A stretch of DNA of 60,083 bases, filler included, from Nitrospinae bacterium RIFCSPLOWO2_12_FULL_45_22 (GTDB lineage: Bacteria; 2-12-FULL-45-22), in assembly GCA_001803565.1 (NCBI GenBank). It is 2 parts of 2 records of this genome, joined end to end, with 100 filler letters (N's around TTAATTAATTAA, not from the genome) between each part and the next. Parts side by side here need not be neighbours in the genome. Positions count along the whole stretch, not along the records: positions 28,435 to 60,083 come from MHDQ01000128.1; 1 more part is not named here. One strand, given 5' to 3'. This document shows, one piece after another, positions 37,092 to 46,699 of the stretch. Both the position numbers and the translations under genes were made by a program. How positions within the stretch are numbered: position 1 is the stretch's first letter; every line of letters starts with the position of its first letter. The notes beneath the pieces were generated by a model. That model saw only the letters and a list, made by a program, of their open reading frames with translations. It searched no databases and was not told where the DNA came from.

Positions 37092-38156
37092 ATGGATACT
37101 ACAGTAGGACATAAAAAACTATTTTGTTCCAGACCATTTAAGTGGTTTGAAGTGACTCAGGTGAATGAAATTGGAGAAGTGTATGTGTGTTGTCCCTCAT
37201 GGCTGGATACACCCATAGGAAACCTTACGTATCAATCGGTTGAAGAAACATGGAATGGCAAAAAGGCACAAGAATTCCGACGTTCAATTCTGGATGGTTC
37301 TTTCAAATATTGTAATCGTTCCAGATGTCCTTTTTTGCAAACCATATCGGAACCAGTTGAGAGAGTTGAAGACGTTAAAGATGAAGATCTAAAAATAATA
37401 ATAGAAAAAAAACTTACAATTTTGCCATATGGGCCGAGAGAAATTAATTGTAGCTATGACAGGTCTTGCAACTTATCCTGTCCATCATGCCGTACGAAAG
37501 TAATTATAGAAAATGGGAATAAGCAGCAGATATTAAACATTCAAGGTAAAATCAACAATGAAGCTCTTAAGGATGCCCATCTTTTATATATTACAGGTTC
37601 GGGGGACCCTTTTGGTAGTCCTTTTTTTAGGAAGTGGCTGCAAACTATGAAGAGAGGAGACATGCCAAATCTTAAGAAAATACATTTACATACAAATGCA
37701 CAGTTATGGACACCACAGATGTGGTCTACAATACCAAAAGACATACAACAACTTGTAAAAACTGTTGAAATTTCAATTGATGCGGTAAGTTCAAGGACCT
37801 ATTCTATCAATCGCAGGGGCGGGAGTTTTGAAAGGCTTCTTGAAAATCTTGAATTTATTCGCATATTACGCAAGAATGTCCCATTTGAATGGTTTGGTAT
37901 AAGCATGGTTGTTCAGGAGAATAATTTTATGGAGATGCCTGCTTTTGTGCTTCTTGGCCAGCGTTTTCATGCTGATACTGTTTATTTCAGCCAATTAGTA
38001 AATTGGGGGACATATTCTAATAAGGAATTTAGCAATCGAGCAATTCATCTTCCCACTCATCCAAAACATGTAAAGTTTGTTGATCTCCTTAAGAACGAAA
38101 TTTTTAATGAACCACTTGTTTATTTGGGAAATTTAACGAACGGGAGTTTTGTATGA
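37092..38156 (+). CDS. Radical SAM protein with N-terminal SPASM/twitch-like domain
   Basis: CNLSCPSC, GSGDPF, SIDA; N-terminal CSRPF...CCPSW..PIGNL...WNG...C...CP. Confidence 0.85.
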   Translation: MDTTVGHKKLFCSRPFKWFEVTQVNEIGEVYVCCPSWLDTPIGNLTYQSVEETWNGKKAQEFRRSILDGSFKYCNRSRCPFLQTISEPVERVEDVKDEDLKIIIEKKLTILPYGPREINCSYDRSCNLSCPSCRTKVIIENGNKQQILNIQGKINNEALKDAHLLYITGSGDPFGSPFFRKWLQTMKRGDMPNLKKIHLHTNAQLWTPQMWSTIPKDIQQLVKTVEISIDAVSSRTYSINRRGGSFERLLENLEFIRILRKNVPFEWFGISMVVQENNFMEMPAFVLLGQRFHADTVYFSQLVNWGTYSNKEFSNRAIHLPTHPKHVKFVDLLKNEIFNEPLVYLGNLTNGSFV

Positions 38157-39760
38157 ATGTGTCTGTCATCATACCCGCTCATAACGCAGCAAAAACAATA
38201 TCCGAAACGCTTGAGTCTCTCCGTACCCAGACTCACCAGGGTTGGGAGGCGTTTGTTATTGATGACGGGTCGAGCGATGAAACGGCAGCTATTGCCACGA
38301 GTTTCGTAGAAAAAGATTTTCGAGTTCACACGATCAGCCAGCTACAGATGGGAGTCTGCGCAGCCAGGAATACTGGGATTAGACTAGCCAACTTCGATTG
38401 GTTGCTCTTCCTCGATGCTGACGACTGGCTCCTTCCTTTGCATCTGGAGCGATTGACGGGTAAGCTTATTTCTAACCCTAATCTTGATGCCGTCTATTGC
38501 GACTGGGCCCGCGTTGCTTCGGATGGAACACGAGTTAGCGAGGAGTTCTGTTACCTTTCGGGGGATATGTTTCCTACGTTCGCGTGCCGTGCCGTTTTTC
38601 CTATTCATGCCTGTGTTGTTCGTCGATCGATTGTCGAATCAGTCGGAGGCTTCGACACATCGTTCAGGACTTGTGAAGAATGGGATCTGTGGCAACGCAT
38701 CGCCCGTACTGGTGCTCAATTTGGTGTGATTAGTGAGGTATTTGCACTCTATCGTATGCAGCCAGTGTCTACTTCGATGGACGGTTTCCAGATGCTTGCA
38801 GACGGTCTTCGCGTGCTAGAACAAGGACACTCCCACGACACGCGTGTGCAAAATCCGCATCCAGCCCATGTAAATGGATTACCGAAAGAACAACTTATAA
38901 GCCAAAAGTTTTATTTATCTTGCTGGTGTGCCGGCCTCATACTCGGTTGTGAGAAGGATGCCAGGCCATTACTCAGGGCTCTCAAGGACAATCGCTACCC
39001 ACAACTCGACCCAAGTGGTGTTGCACGAAATATTTTTCTGGCTGCACTGTTGCCCACGTGTCAAGCTCCATCTGCTTGGGTTCAACTTTGGCCTCGCATA
39101 GAACAGTGTGTTAACGAATTTCTGCTGGCTCTCGAAGAGCAATCTAAAGCTCCTGGGTTGTACCGTCGTACTCGTGCTGTTCTGGGGCGTTTGATTCTAA
39201 AAAATTCTCCAAGTTCCCGGTCGCAGACAGTTGGGATGATTCATGAGGTTTGTGTCGAGATCACGGAACCACTCTGTGACATTAATCCTCCAAAGCCAGC
39301 CGAACGTATCCATTGCAAATTGGAGTTTGAAGGGACAAGCATTGGTACACTTGAGCTCCCGGTTTGTGATGGTGTTGTTTCTCGTTATGTATTTGCTGAT
39401 GCCATAGCGGCCGAATTTTTTTGGGTTATTATTGGGCGGTTTTTTGAGCGTACAGTCTACCCCAGCCTCAGCATCAGACATGAGCCGGATGGTGCATCGA
39501 TTTGGCGGGGAACACTGTGCCTTGCAAAATCACTTCCTGGAGATGAGTTTGCAGTCAGACAACAGCTCCACAAGCAAGTTGGCTGGACAGTTTTTTTACA
39601 GGAGATATGGGGGTGTAAGGATCAGCCACTCGATGGTTTTTACACGGATGACCGTGCAGTGTCTTTGAAGAAGGTTGGTTGGAAGACATTCTTACAGGAG
39701 TTCTATGCGAGTATTTTTAAAACGACATCAACCTCGCGGTATCCATTACAGGGGGCCTAG
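38153..39760 (+). CDS. GT2 glycosyltransferase (N-terminal part of an interrupted multidomain gene)
   Basis: VSVIIPAHN, IDDGSSD, ARNTG, FLDADD, CEEWDLW. Ends in TAG in frame with the downstream coding sequence. Confidence 0.85.
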   Translation: MNVSVIIPAHNAAKTISETLESLRTQTHQGWEAFVIDDGSSDETAAIATSFVEKDFRVHTISQLQMGVCAARNTGIRLANFDWLLFLDADDWLLPLHLERLTGKLISNPNLDAVYCDWARVASDGTRVSEEFCYLSGDMFPTFACRAVFPIHACVVRRSIVESVGGFDTSFRTCEEWDLWQRIARTGAQFGVISEVFALYRMQPVSTSMDGFQMLADGLRVLEQGHSHDTRVQNPHPAHVNGLPKEQLISQKFYLSCWCAGLILGCEKDARPLLRALKDNRYPQLDPSGVARNIFLAALLPTCQAPSAWVQLWPRIEQCVNEFLLALEEQSKAPGLYRRTRAVLGRLILKNSPSSRSQTVGMIHEVCVEITEPLCDINPPKPAERIHCKLEFEGTSIGTLELPVCDGVVSRYVFADAIAAEFFWVIIGRFFERTVYPSLSIRHEPDGASIWRGTLCLAKSLPGDEFAVRQQLHKQVGWTVFLQEIWGCKDQPLDGFYTDDRAVSLKKVGWKTFLQEFYASIFKTTSTSRYPLQGA

Positions 39761-40420
39761 ATCATAGTCGAGGTTGGTGATGAACTTCGCGATGTGGAGC
39801 TATCAGGCCAAGAACTCAATGTTGTTCTAACGCTAGGTGGGGTGATGCTTGGGGTTGTGAGCATTCCCGTTAAAAAGAACATTGTACGTGCTCAGGAACT
39901 GCGAGTGGCTCTCACAAAAGCAAGTGGCCTTGAATTGTGTCGGGCAGTTGTTCGTGAGGGTTTGCTTGGCAGGTCAGTGGTAGACATGCCAACATCGCTT
40001 CGAGATCGCTTGGTGGCTGTAAAGAAATCATTTGTACAGCGTAACCGAAATGAATCGCTCTTGAGGACGTGCACTGATGTTGTATTTGTGCCTGGAACTG
40101 ACTGCGCTCTTGATTATGTGCTTTCAGCAGGAAATTTTATCGTAATGCTCGGACGACATCTACACGGGGAGATTGGGACAAGTACCTCACGGCGTGCAAT
40201 GCTACCTGCAGCAGCCCTTACCGAACTCATCAATGCCGCTTCGGTAGTTGGTGAGCCCGTGATTCAGGCTCCAGCGACGAGTGAACAACCTAAACATATA
40301 GTTTACGCCCCAGAACTAGTCTGGCGTCCGTTGCGAGGTACGCAGGTATCTTCCACAAAAGCTAATGATCCTGGAATGGTCCAGAGAGAGCTCAGTATTC
40401 GACAACAAAAGTTATGTTGA
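39761..40420 (+). pseudogene. In-frame continuation of the GT2 gene after an amber codon
   Basis: Same frame as 38153; reads IIVEVGDELRDVELSGQELN... immediately after TAG 39758-39760; no clear RBS for GTG 39794. Confidence 0.6.
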
Positions 40421-41234
40421 GTTGGCGCAGCAACCCACGGAGCTCCTACCCGAAGTTGCCGCGCATGTTCTATGGGATGTTGGTCGTCCTAACCGTAGCT
40501 GTGATCAGCAAAACGTTGTTACCGACCGACTTCCGATCCTCATGTACCATCGCATTGCACCAAACGGCGCATCTTCGACTGCTCGTTATCGGGTAACGCC
40601 TGAGTTGTTCGAAGAGCAACTACGTTATTTGCGTGATACTGGGTATTATAGTGTTAGTCTTGAAGGGTGGCGCAAAGCAATGGAAAAGAAAAGTCCACTT
40701 CCCGGCAGGGCAGTGATAATTACCTTTGACGATGGGTATCTTGATTTTCTTACCTACGCGTGGCCATTGTTGAAGCGTTATGGCTTTTTGGCTACTGTCT
40801 TCCTGGTGGCAGAGCATGTTGGGGGAACAAATAGCTGGGACAGCATTTATGTAGAGGAGGTACCGCTCCTTGGATGGGAAGACATCAGACAACTCCGGGA
40901 TGAAGGGGTTGAATTCGAATCCCATTCGGCTAGCCACCCTTATCTTACTGCCCTTTCGCCAGAGAAGATTGTTAGTGAAGGGGCTCGATCGAGAGCGATC
41001 CTTGTGCGTGAGCTTGGGGTAACCATAAAGGCCTTTGCGTATCCTTACGGCGATGTTGATCATGTTGTTCAGCACCTTATTGGGGCATGTGGTTATATTT
41101 TTGGTCTATCCTGCCGATGTGATTTGAGCGGCTACCATGATCCTTTTCTAGCGCTACCACGGCTCGAAGTGTTTGGTTTTGATAATTTGCAAGCTTTTAT
41201 TGCAAAGCTCAGCGTTTGTGAGACGCAGGTTTAA
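40365..41234 (+). CDS. NodB-type (CE4) polysaccharide deacetylase
   Basis: LPILMYHRI, ITFDDGY, SHSASHP, FAYPYG. Confidence 0.9.
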   Translation: MILEWSRESSVFDNKSYVELAQQPTELLPEVAAHVLWDVGRPNRSCDQQNVVTDRLPILMYHRIAPNGASSTARYRVTPELFEEQLRYLRDTGYYSVSLEGWRKAMEKKSPLPGRAVIITFDDGYLDFLTYAWPLLKRYGFLATVFLVAEHVGGTNSWDSIYVEEVPLLGWEDIRQLRDEGVEFESHSASHPYLTALSPEKIVSEGARSRAILVRELGVTIKAFAYPYGDVDHVVQHLIGACGYIFGLSCRCDLSGYHDPFLALPRLEVFGFDNLQAFIAKLSVCETQV

Positions 41235-41386
41235 GGCTAGTAGTTATTAGATTAACGTTGGTTGTTATCCGAGTGATTGGATTGGGACTAGGTTTACGAT
41301 TATAACTGGCAGAGCAGGTAGGGCAGATTATAACTGTCGGAAGGTTACTGTATCAGCGGGAATTTTCTGAGGTCTTTATCCAAGTA

Positions 41387-42166
41387 ATGATTAGTCAAAT
41401 TCTAGAAACTATGCGATACCGAGAAATGATAAAGAATATGGTCATCCGTGATCTTAAAGTAAAATATCAGCGTTCCCTTTTGGGTTTCCTCTGGACCCTG
41501 CTAAATCCCTTGCTATTGTTTGTCATATACATAATAGTATTTTCTCAGGTAGTGCGGCTGGAGATACCTCATTATTGGGCCTTTTTACTCAGTGGTCTAT
41601 TTGCGTGGAATTTCTTTGCTCAGTCCATTGTAACTGCTTCTAATGCAATCCGGTATAATGCTAATCTGACTACCAGGATATATTTTCCCCAGGAAGTGCT
41701 GATAGTAAGCAGCGTGCTTTCTAAACTGGTAGAGTTTGGGCTGGAGTTATTTATATTGTTGGGGATTTTTTTAATTTTCTATCCAAAAATCTACCTTCTC
41801 AATCTATTTTTTTTACCGGTAGTAGTATTAATCCAAACCATTCTTATTATCGGACTCGTTTTTCCCCTTTCTTGTCTGATGGTTTTTTTCAAGGATATGG
41901 AGCATATCCTCTCACTTTTAATGACTGGCTGGTTTTTTTTGACCCCCATATTCTATCCCGATTTTTTAATCCCTACCGTATATTTAAAGTATTTTGAATT
42001 GAATCCCATGTTTGATCTTATTTCTCTTTACCGGTCCCTGCTCTATCAAGGAGAGTTACCTGATGTAATCCAGCTTTTCCGGAGTTGCAGCGTTTCAATC
42101 CTATTCTTTTTGGTAGGTTATAATATCTTTAATCGGTATAAAGCCCTTTTTGCAGAAGTAGCCTAG
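41387..42166 (+). CDS. wzm: Polysaccharide ABC transporter permease
   Basis: RDLKVKYQRSLLGFLWTLLNP, FFLTPIFYP, LNPM. Confidence 0.92.
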   Translation: MISQILETMRYREMIKNMVIRDLKVKYQRSLLGFLWTLLNPLLLFVIYIIVFSQVVRLEIPHYWAFLLSGLFAWNFFAQSIVTASNAIRYNANLTTRIYFPQEVLIVSSVLSKLVEFGLELFILLGIFLIFYPKIYLLNLFFLPVVVLIQTILIIGLVFPLSCLMVFFKDMEHILSLLMTGWFFLTPIFYPDFLIPTVYLKYFELNPMFDLISLYRSLLYQGELPDVIQLFRSCSVSILFFLVGYNIFNRYKALFAEVA

Positions 42167-42170
42167 CCCT

Positions 42171-42917
42171 ATGCTGCTTATAGAATGTCATTCAGTTAGT
42201 AAAAAATTCTATTATTATCATGAAAGAAGCAAAACATTAAGAGGGGCATTTCTTGACTTATTCAAAGGATGCGCAAGGTTGAACGGCGAGTGGTATACCA
42301 TAAAAGATTTTGATTTAGAAGTCCATAGGAATGAAACGGTAGGACTAATTGGCCGCAATGGTTCGGGTAAGAGCACTATCCTAAAGCTCATTTCTAAGGT
42401 CTATAGACCCACTTCGGGCTATATTAGAACCCAAGGGAAAGTTGTTGCTTTACTGGAGCTAGGGGCAGCCTTCCATCCGGAATTAACCGGTAGAGAGAAT
42501 ATATATTTGAATGGATCAATCCTGGGACTAAGCAAAAAAGAAATAGAGCAAAAATTTGATCCTATAGTATCTTTTTCCGAGTTATCTCAATTTTTAGATA
42601 CACCGGTAAAATATTATTCCTCTGGCATGTATGCCCGGTTAGGGTTTTCCATCGCTATCTTTGCTAACCCGGATATCTTATTGATAGATGAAGTCCTTGC
42701 TGTAGGAGACGAAGAATTCAAGCAAAAATGCTGGAATAAAATTGATCAATTCCAAAAGGAAGGCAAAACTATTCTGTTGGTGTCCCACGATTTAGATACC
42801 ATAAAAAAGCTCTGTTCCCGGGTAGTATGGCTGGAAAATGGTATGATTCAAAGGGAGGGAGAGCCAGAGGAAGTTATCCAAGCTTATCATACGGATATTT
42901 CTCTGAGAAATCAATAG
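42171..42917 (+). CDS. wzt: Polysaccharide ABC transporter ATPase (no C-terminal carbohydrate-binding domain)
   Basis: GRNGSGKST, YSSGMYARLGF, IDEVLAVGD; 248 aa. Confidence 0.93.
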   Translation: MLLIECHSVSKKFYYYHERSKTLRGAFLDLFKGCARLNGEWYTIKDFDLEVHRNETVGLIGRNGSGKSTILKLISKVYRPTSGYIRTQGKVVALLELGAAFHPELTGRENIYLNGSILGLSKKEIEQKFDPIVSFSELSQFLDTPVKYYSSGMYARLGFSIAIFANPDILLIDEVLAVGDEEFKQKCWNKIDQFQKEGKTILLVSHDLDTIKKLCSRVVWLENGMIQREGEPEEVIQAYHTDISLRNQ

Positions 42918-42923
42918 TTAACT

Positions 42924-43829
42924 ATGAAAATATCTTTGATAATCTGCACCAGAAATAGGATACAACTGCTAAAGACCTGTCTCCAATCTATTCCTCAAAG
43001 TTCTATTGACTTCCATGAGGTCGTAGTTATAGACCAGAGTTCTGATACCGCAAATACAGAGGAATTATTACCCATTATAAATAATCTGAGATATATTCCT
43101 ACGGAAACTCAAGGGTTATCATGGGCAAGAAATTTGGGTATTAAAGTTAGCACGGGAGATATAATAGCCTTTACTGATGATGACTGTATTATGACAGATG
43201 GTTGGGCTGAGGCAATCATTAAAGAATTTCAAAGGGATCCCCATATAATGGCAGTTTATGGAAGAGTACTCCCATTTTTTAATGGTCTTCAACCCAGAAA
43301 AATGCTGGCAATTCAGTTGAATAATCAGCACCAGGAATATAAAAAATTAGTTAATCCCTGGAAATTTCAATCTGGTAATAATATGGCCCTGCGAAGAGAG
43401 GTTTTTGCAGAGATAGGATATTTTGATGAATTATTGGGCCCAGGGGCTGAATTAAGGAATTGTGATGATGCCGATATGGCTTATAGACTCCTTCGGCATG
43501 GGCTAAGAGTTGTCTATACCCCTAAGGCTATTATATACCACCGACAGTGGAGAGGAGATGGGGAAGCTTGGCGGGTAGAGCAAGATTACCATATTGGTGC
43601 AGGGGCGTTATTCATTAAACATCTGCGTTATGGTGATGCGTATGTATTCAGATTGATCCTTGAAAGGCTCATCTATCGAGGTATTGGAAATATTATATTA
43701 GGGATCCTTAGCTGCAATAAATATAAGTTACGTAAGGGCTATTACTCCCTTTTTGTTGTCAAGGGAATGTGGCAGGGGCTCAGAAAACCCTTATCATCCA
43801 TGGACAGAATATTTATAACTCCAAATTAA
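42924..43829 (+). CDS. Glycosyltransferase family 2
   Basis: ISLIICTRNR, GLSWARN, FTDDD. Confidence 0.9.
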   Translation: MKISLIICTRNRIQLLKTCLQSIPQSSIDFHEVVVIDQSSDTANTEELLPIINNLRYIPTETQGLSWARNLGIKVSTGDIIAFTDDDCIMTDGWAEAIIKEFQRDPHIMAVYGRVLPFFNGLQPRKMLAIQLNNQHQEYKKLVNPWKFQSGNNMALRREVFAEIGYFDELLGPGAELRNCDDADMAYRLLRHGLRVVYTPKAIIYHRQWRGDGEAWRVEQDYHIGAGALFIKHLRYGDAYVFRLILERLIYRGIGNIILGILSCNKYKLRKGYYSLFVVKGMWQGLRKPLSSMDRIFITPN

Positions 43830-43851
43830 CCCTTGCAGGATTATCGGATTA

Positions 43852-44868
43852 ATGGCTCAAAAATTTGTCTCCATAGTTGTTTTAACCTCTAAGTGGGGAG
43901 AGCGAGGAAAGCACCTGGACGAATGTTTGCAGGGTATATATAGACAGAGTTTTAGAGACTTTGAGATTATCCTGGTTACCAATGGATTGGGAGAAAGTCA
44001 GGTACACTCTATTAGAAAGAAATATGACAAGCTAAAGATAATAAAGAATGAGGTAAATAAAGGCTGTGCTACCGGAAGAAACCAAGGAATCGAACAATCG
44101 CGGGGAAATTATATTGTTACCCTAGACGATGATGTTATCCCTGATGATAGCTGGTTAGAAGAACTTGTGACACCGGCATTAAATGATGAAAGCGTAGGGA
44201 TGGTGGCCTCCAAAATATTATACAGTTCGCGTCCCGATACCATAGATAGTGCAGGTATTGAAATTAGTAAAGATGGCAATGCTTACCATCGGAAAGGTTT
44301 GGCCAGAAACGGCGGGTATGAGCAAAGTGAGGAGATATTTGGTCCTTGTGGCGCTGCTGCCCTGTACAAGAGGGAGCTTTTTGAGGACATAGGGCTGTTT
44401 GATGAGGATTATTTTATCTATTACGAGGATGTTGACCTGGCATTTCGGGCGAGGCTGGCGGGTTGGCAATGCCTATATGTCCCCCAGGCCATTGCATTTC
44501 ACCACCATTCCTGGTCCTTGGGGCAGGAATCCAGCCAAAAGATTTTCTTTATCGAGAGAAATAAAATTTTAACCATCCTGAAAAACTGGCCGATAAGAGC
44601 AATGCTTTTATATGCCCCCTTAATAATAGGTTACGACCTCATGGCCGATGGTTATTATATATTATTGAAAAAGGACTTTTCCAGATTACGGGCCAAGCTC
44701 AGTGCCCTGAGGCAGTTACCCAGGGTCTTGCGAGAAAGAAGCAAAATCCATGGCAACAAAAAGATTTCTGCCCCAACTATAAGTAAATTCTTGGCCGCCC
44801 CTTATGCCCCTTGGGTCATTTATAAACGACGTTGTCGATTGAACCATATATTGTGCTTGACTGGATAA
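43852..44868 (+). CDS. Glycosyltransferase family 2 (rhamnosyltransferase-like)
   Basis: LDDD, CGAAALY, FDEDYFIYYEDVDL. Confidence 0.9.
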   Translation: MAQKFVSIVVLTSKWGERGKHLDECLQGIYRQSFRDFEIILVTNGLGESQVHSIRKKYDKLKIIKNEVNKGCATGRNQGIEQSRGNYIVTLDDDVIPDDSWLEELVTPALNDESVGMVASKILYSSRPDTIDSAGIEISKDGNAYHRKGLARNGGYEQSEEIFGPCGAAALYKRELFEDIGLFDEDYFIYYEDVDLAFRARLAGWQCLYVPQAIAFHHHSWSLGQESSQKIFFIERNKILTILKNWPIRAMLLYAPLIIGYDLMADGYYILLKKDFSRLRAKLSALRQLPRVLRERSKIHGNKKISAPTISKFLAAPYAPWVIYKRRCRLNHILCLTG

Positions 44869-44882
44869 GGAGGAAAAACAAG

Positions 44883-45077
44883 ATGCCGCAATTACAGATT
44901 GAAATAACGGTGGAAGATATAAAAAAGATATTGCCTCAATTATCAAAAACACAAATATTGGAGCTAGATCAAAAAATCCATGAATATTTAGAAACTCAAA
45001 TGATGATGGCAGCTGCTGCAACAGCCTTTTCCGAATGGGAAGATCCTGAGGAAGATATATATAATGAGTATTTATAA
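44883..45077 (+). CDS. Putative antitoxin of the PemK/MazF-like toxin
   Basis: 64 aa after AGGAGG; acidic C-terminus FSEWEDPEEDIY; overlaps the toxin start. Confidence 0.7.
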   Translation: MPQLQIEITVEDIKKILPQLSKTQILELDQKIHEYLETQMMMAAAATAFSEWEDPEEDIYNEYL

Positions 45078-45408
45078 CCCCGGAGATATTGTCTTGGTAA
45101 ACTTCCCTTTTACCGATTTATCCTCTTATAAAGTGAGACCTGCCTTAATCATTGCAACAAAAGGCGAAGACGCGATAGTGATAGGAATTTTTTCTAATGT
45201 CCCTGATTTCTTAAAAGATTCATGGATAGTGATCGAAGAAAGTTCACCATATTTTAAACAGATGGGTTTGAAGAAAAGATCAGTAATAAAGACCGAGAAA
45301 ATAGCAACTATCCATAATTCCGTGATTAAAGCGAAGATCGGTGCTATTTCCTCGGAGGCAATGAGAGAAATAAAATCAACTTTAATTAAGACTTTGGCAC
45401 TTAATTAG
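45064..45408 (+). CDS. PemK/MazF family toxin
   Basis: PGDIVLVNFPFTDLSSYKVRPALI...GLKKRSVIKTEKIATI. Confidence 0.88.
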   Translation: MSIYNPGDIVLVNFPFTDLSSYKVRPALIIATKGEDAIVIGIFSNVPDFLKDSWIVIEESSPYFKQMGLKKRSVIKTEKIATIHNSVIKAKIGAISSEAMREIKSTLIKTLALN

Positions 45409-45531
45409 TTGCCACTGAAAAATCCCTGCAAAGCAAGCTTTGTCACTACATATTGGTGCATCAGACTATTTCCACAATGTATGTAGTGGTCGAGCTTGCT
45501 CGACATACCATTTTTCAGTGGCAACTAATTA
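45402..45531. mobile_element. 130-bp MITE-like element with perfect 22-bp terminal inverted repeats enclosing a REPIN
   Basis: taattagttgccactgaaaaat 45402-45423 / atttttcagtggcaactaatta 45510-45531; internal GTAG hairpins at 45427-45450 and 45482-45505. Confidence 0.7.
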
Positions 45532-45581
45532 GCTGGGGAAGGATAAAGGGGAGGGTAAAATAATTATTTCAGAGGAAGAGC

Positions 45582-46550
45582 ATGAAAATCCTATATCTTA
45601 CCCAAACGGGACAGCTTTTGACCGGTTCAGGTACTTATCGGGACCTGGTGTTGGATGGGATGAGTAACCGGCATCATATTAAGACCTTTGCAGGACCGCA
45701 GGACTATGAACAGGACTGGGATATTGCCCATGTATTGGACTTGAAGCACGCGAGACTAAAGGATTTGCAAAGATTAGGCTGCCCGATAATCGTAGATGTC
45801 CATGATTATTACTGGACCCAATTCTATCCCTTTCCCTGCCCGGACCTGCCATTGAGATATTTTCTTCAGAAAATACGGAAATGGAGATATTCCAAAATCC
45901 TGAAAGAGAGCCAGGCAGTCATTGTCCATTCAGAATATGTGAAGAAAAAGATTCAGCACCCCCATATATTTTTCATCAGATATGCCATTGATCGGAATGG
46001 TTTTCAATCACATGCCCAAGAACGGGATAAGAACCTGATATTGTTTGTTGGCCGGGACTATTTTAGAAAGGGTATCTTGACCTTGATAAGGGCTTTGCCC
46101 TTGGTGTTAAAGGAAATCCCTGAGGCCAGGGTAGCAGTTATCGGGCCAGAGTATTTCCATTCCAGACTGGTAGCAAAATTCTTGAGCAGAAAACTCCCTA
46201 TAGAATATATCAACGGACTATCCCCGAAGGAGACCAGAGAATATTTTTTACAAGCTACTTTATTGGTCCTCCCTTCATATATAGAGGCCTTTGGCATAGT
46301 GCTCATGGAGGCCCTGGCTGCTGGATTACCCATAGTAGCCACCAGAGTGGGTGGCATCCCAGAGATTATCCAACATGGTATTAATGGGCTCCTGGTTGGG
46401 AAAGGAGACAGCCAACAACTGGCAGCCAGTATTATCACCTCCTTGAGTAATGGGGACCTGAAAAGGGAAAACTTTTGGGAAAGACTGTTTAGTCCCGAAG
46501 ATATGATAAATGAGCTGGAATTAGTATATAATAATAATAAATTTCCATAA
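45582..46550 (+). CDS. Glycosyltransferase family 4
   Basis: FVGRDYFRKG, LPSYIEAFGIVLMEALAAGLP. Confidence 0.92.
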   Translation: MKILYLTQTGQLLTGSGTYRDLVLDGMSNRHHIKTFAGPQDYEQDWDIAHVLDLKHARLKDLQRLGCPIIVDVHDYYWTQFYPFPCPDLPLRYFLQKIRKWRYSKILKESQAVIVHSEYVKKKIQHPHIFFIRYAIDRNGFQSHAQERDKNLILFVGRDYFRKGILTLIRALPLVLKEIPEARVAVIGPEYFHSRLVAKFLSRKLPIEYINGLSPKETREYFLQATLLVLPSYIEAFGIVLMEALAAGLPIVATRVGGIPEIIQHGINGLLVGKGDSQQLAASIITSLSNGDLKRENFWERLFSPEDMINELELVYNNNKFP

Positions 46551-46639
46551 GTCTTGGGCTTCAAAGGGGCATGAAAATTGGGCAAGCAGGACGTCTGGCA
46601 CACACTTTATGAAGTCGATATTCACTAATAAGTAATAAG

Positions 46640-46656
46640 ACAGACGTCTCGCCTGT
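46640..46656. repeat. REP-like hairpin related to 19886-19908
   Basis: Reverse strand acaggcg-aga-cgtctgt. Confidence 0.45.
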
Positions 46657-46699
46657 TAGAAAGGGTTTTTATGAAAATATTGTGGTACGGTTTGGCAGG

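Noticed and set aside
41298-41336. 11-bp direct repeat gattataactg
   Set aside because: Only two copies with a 17-bp spacer; not CRISPR-like and no element can be assigned.
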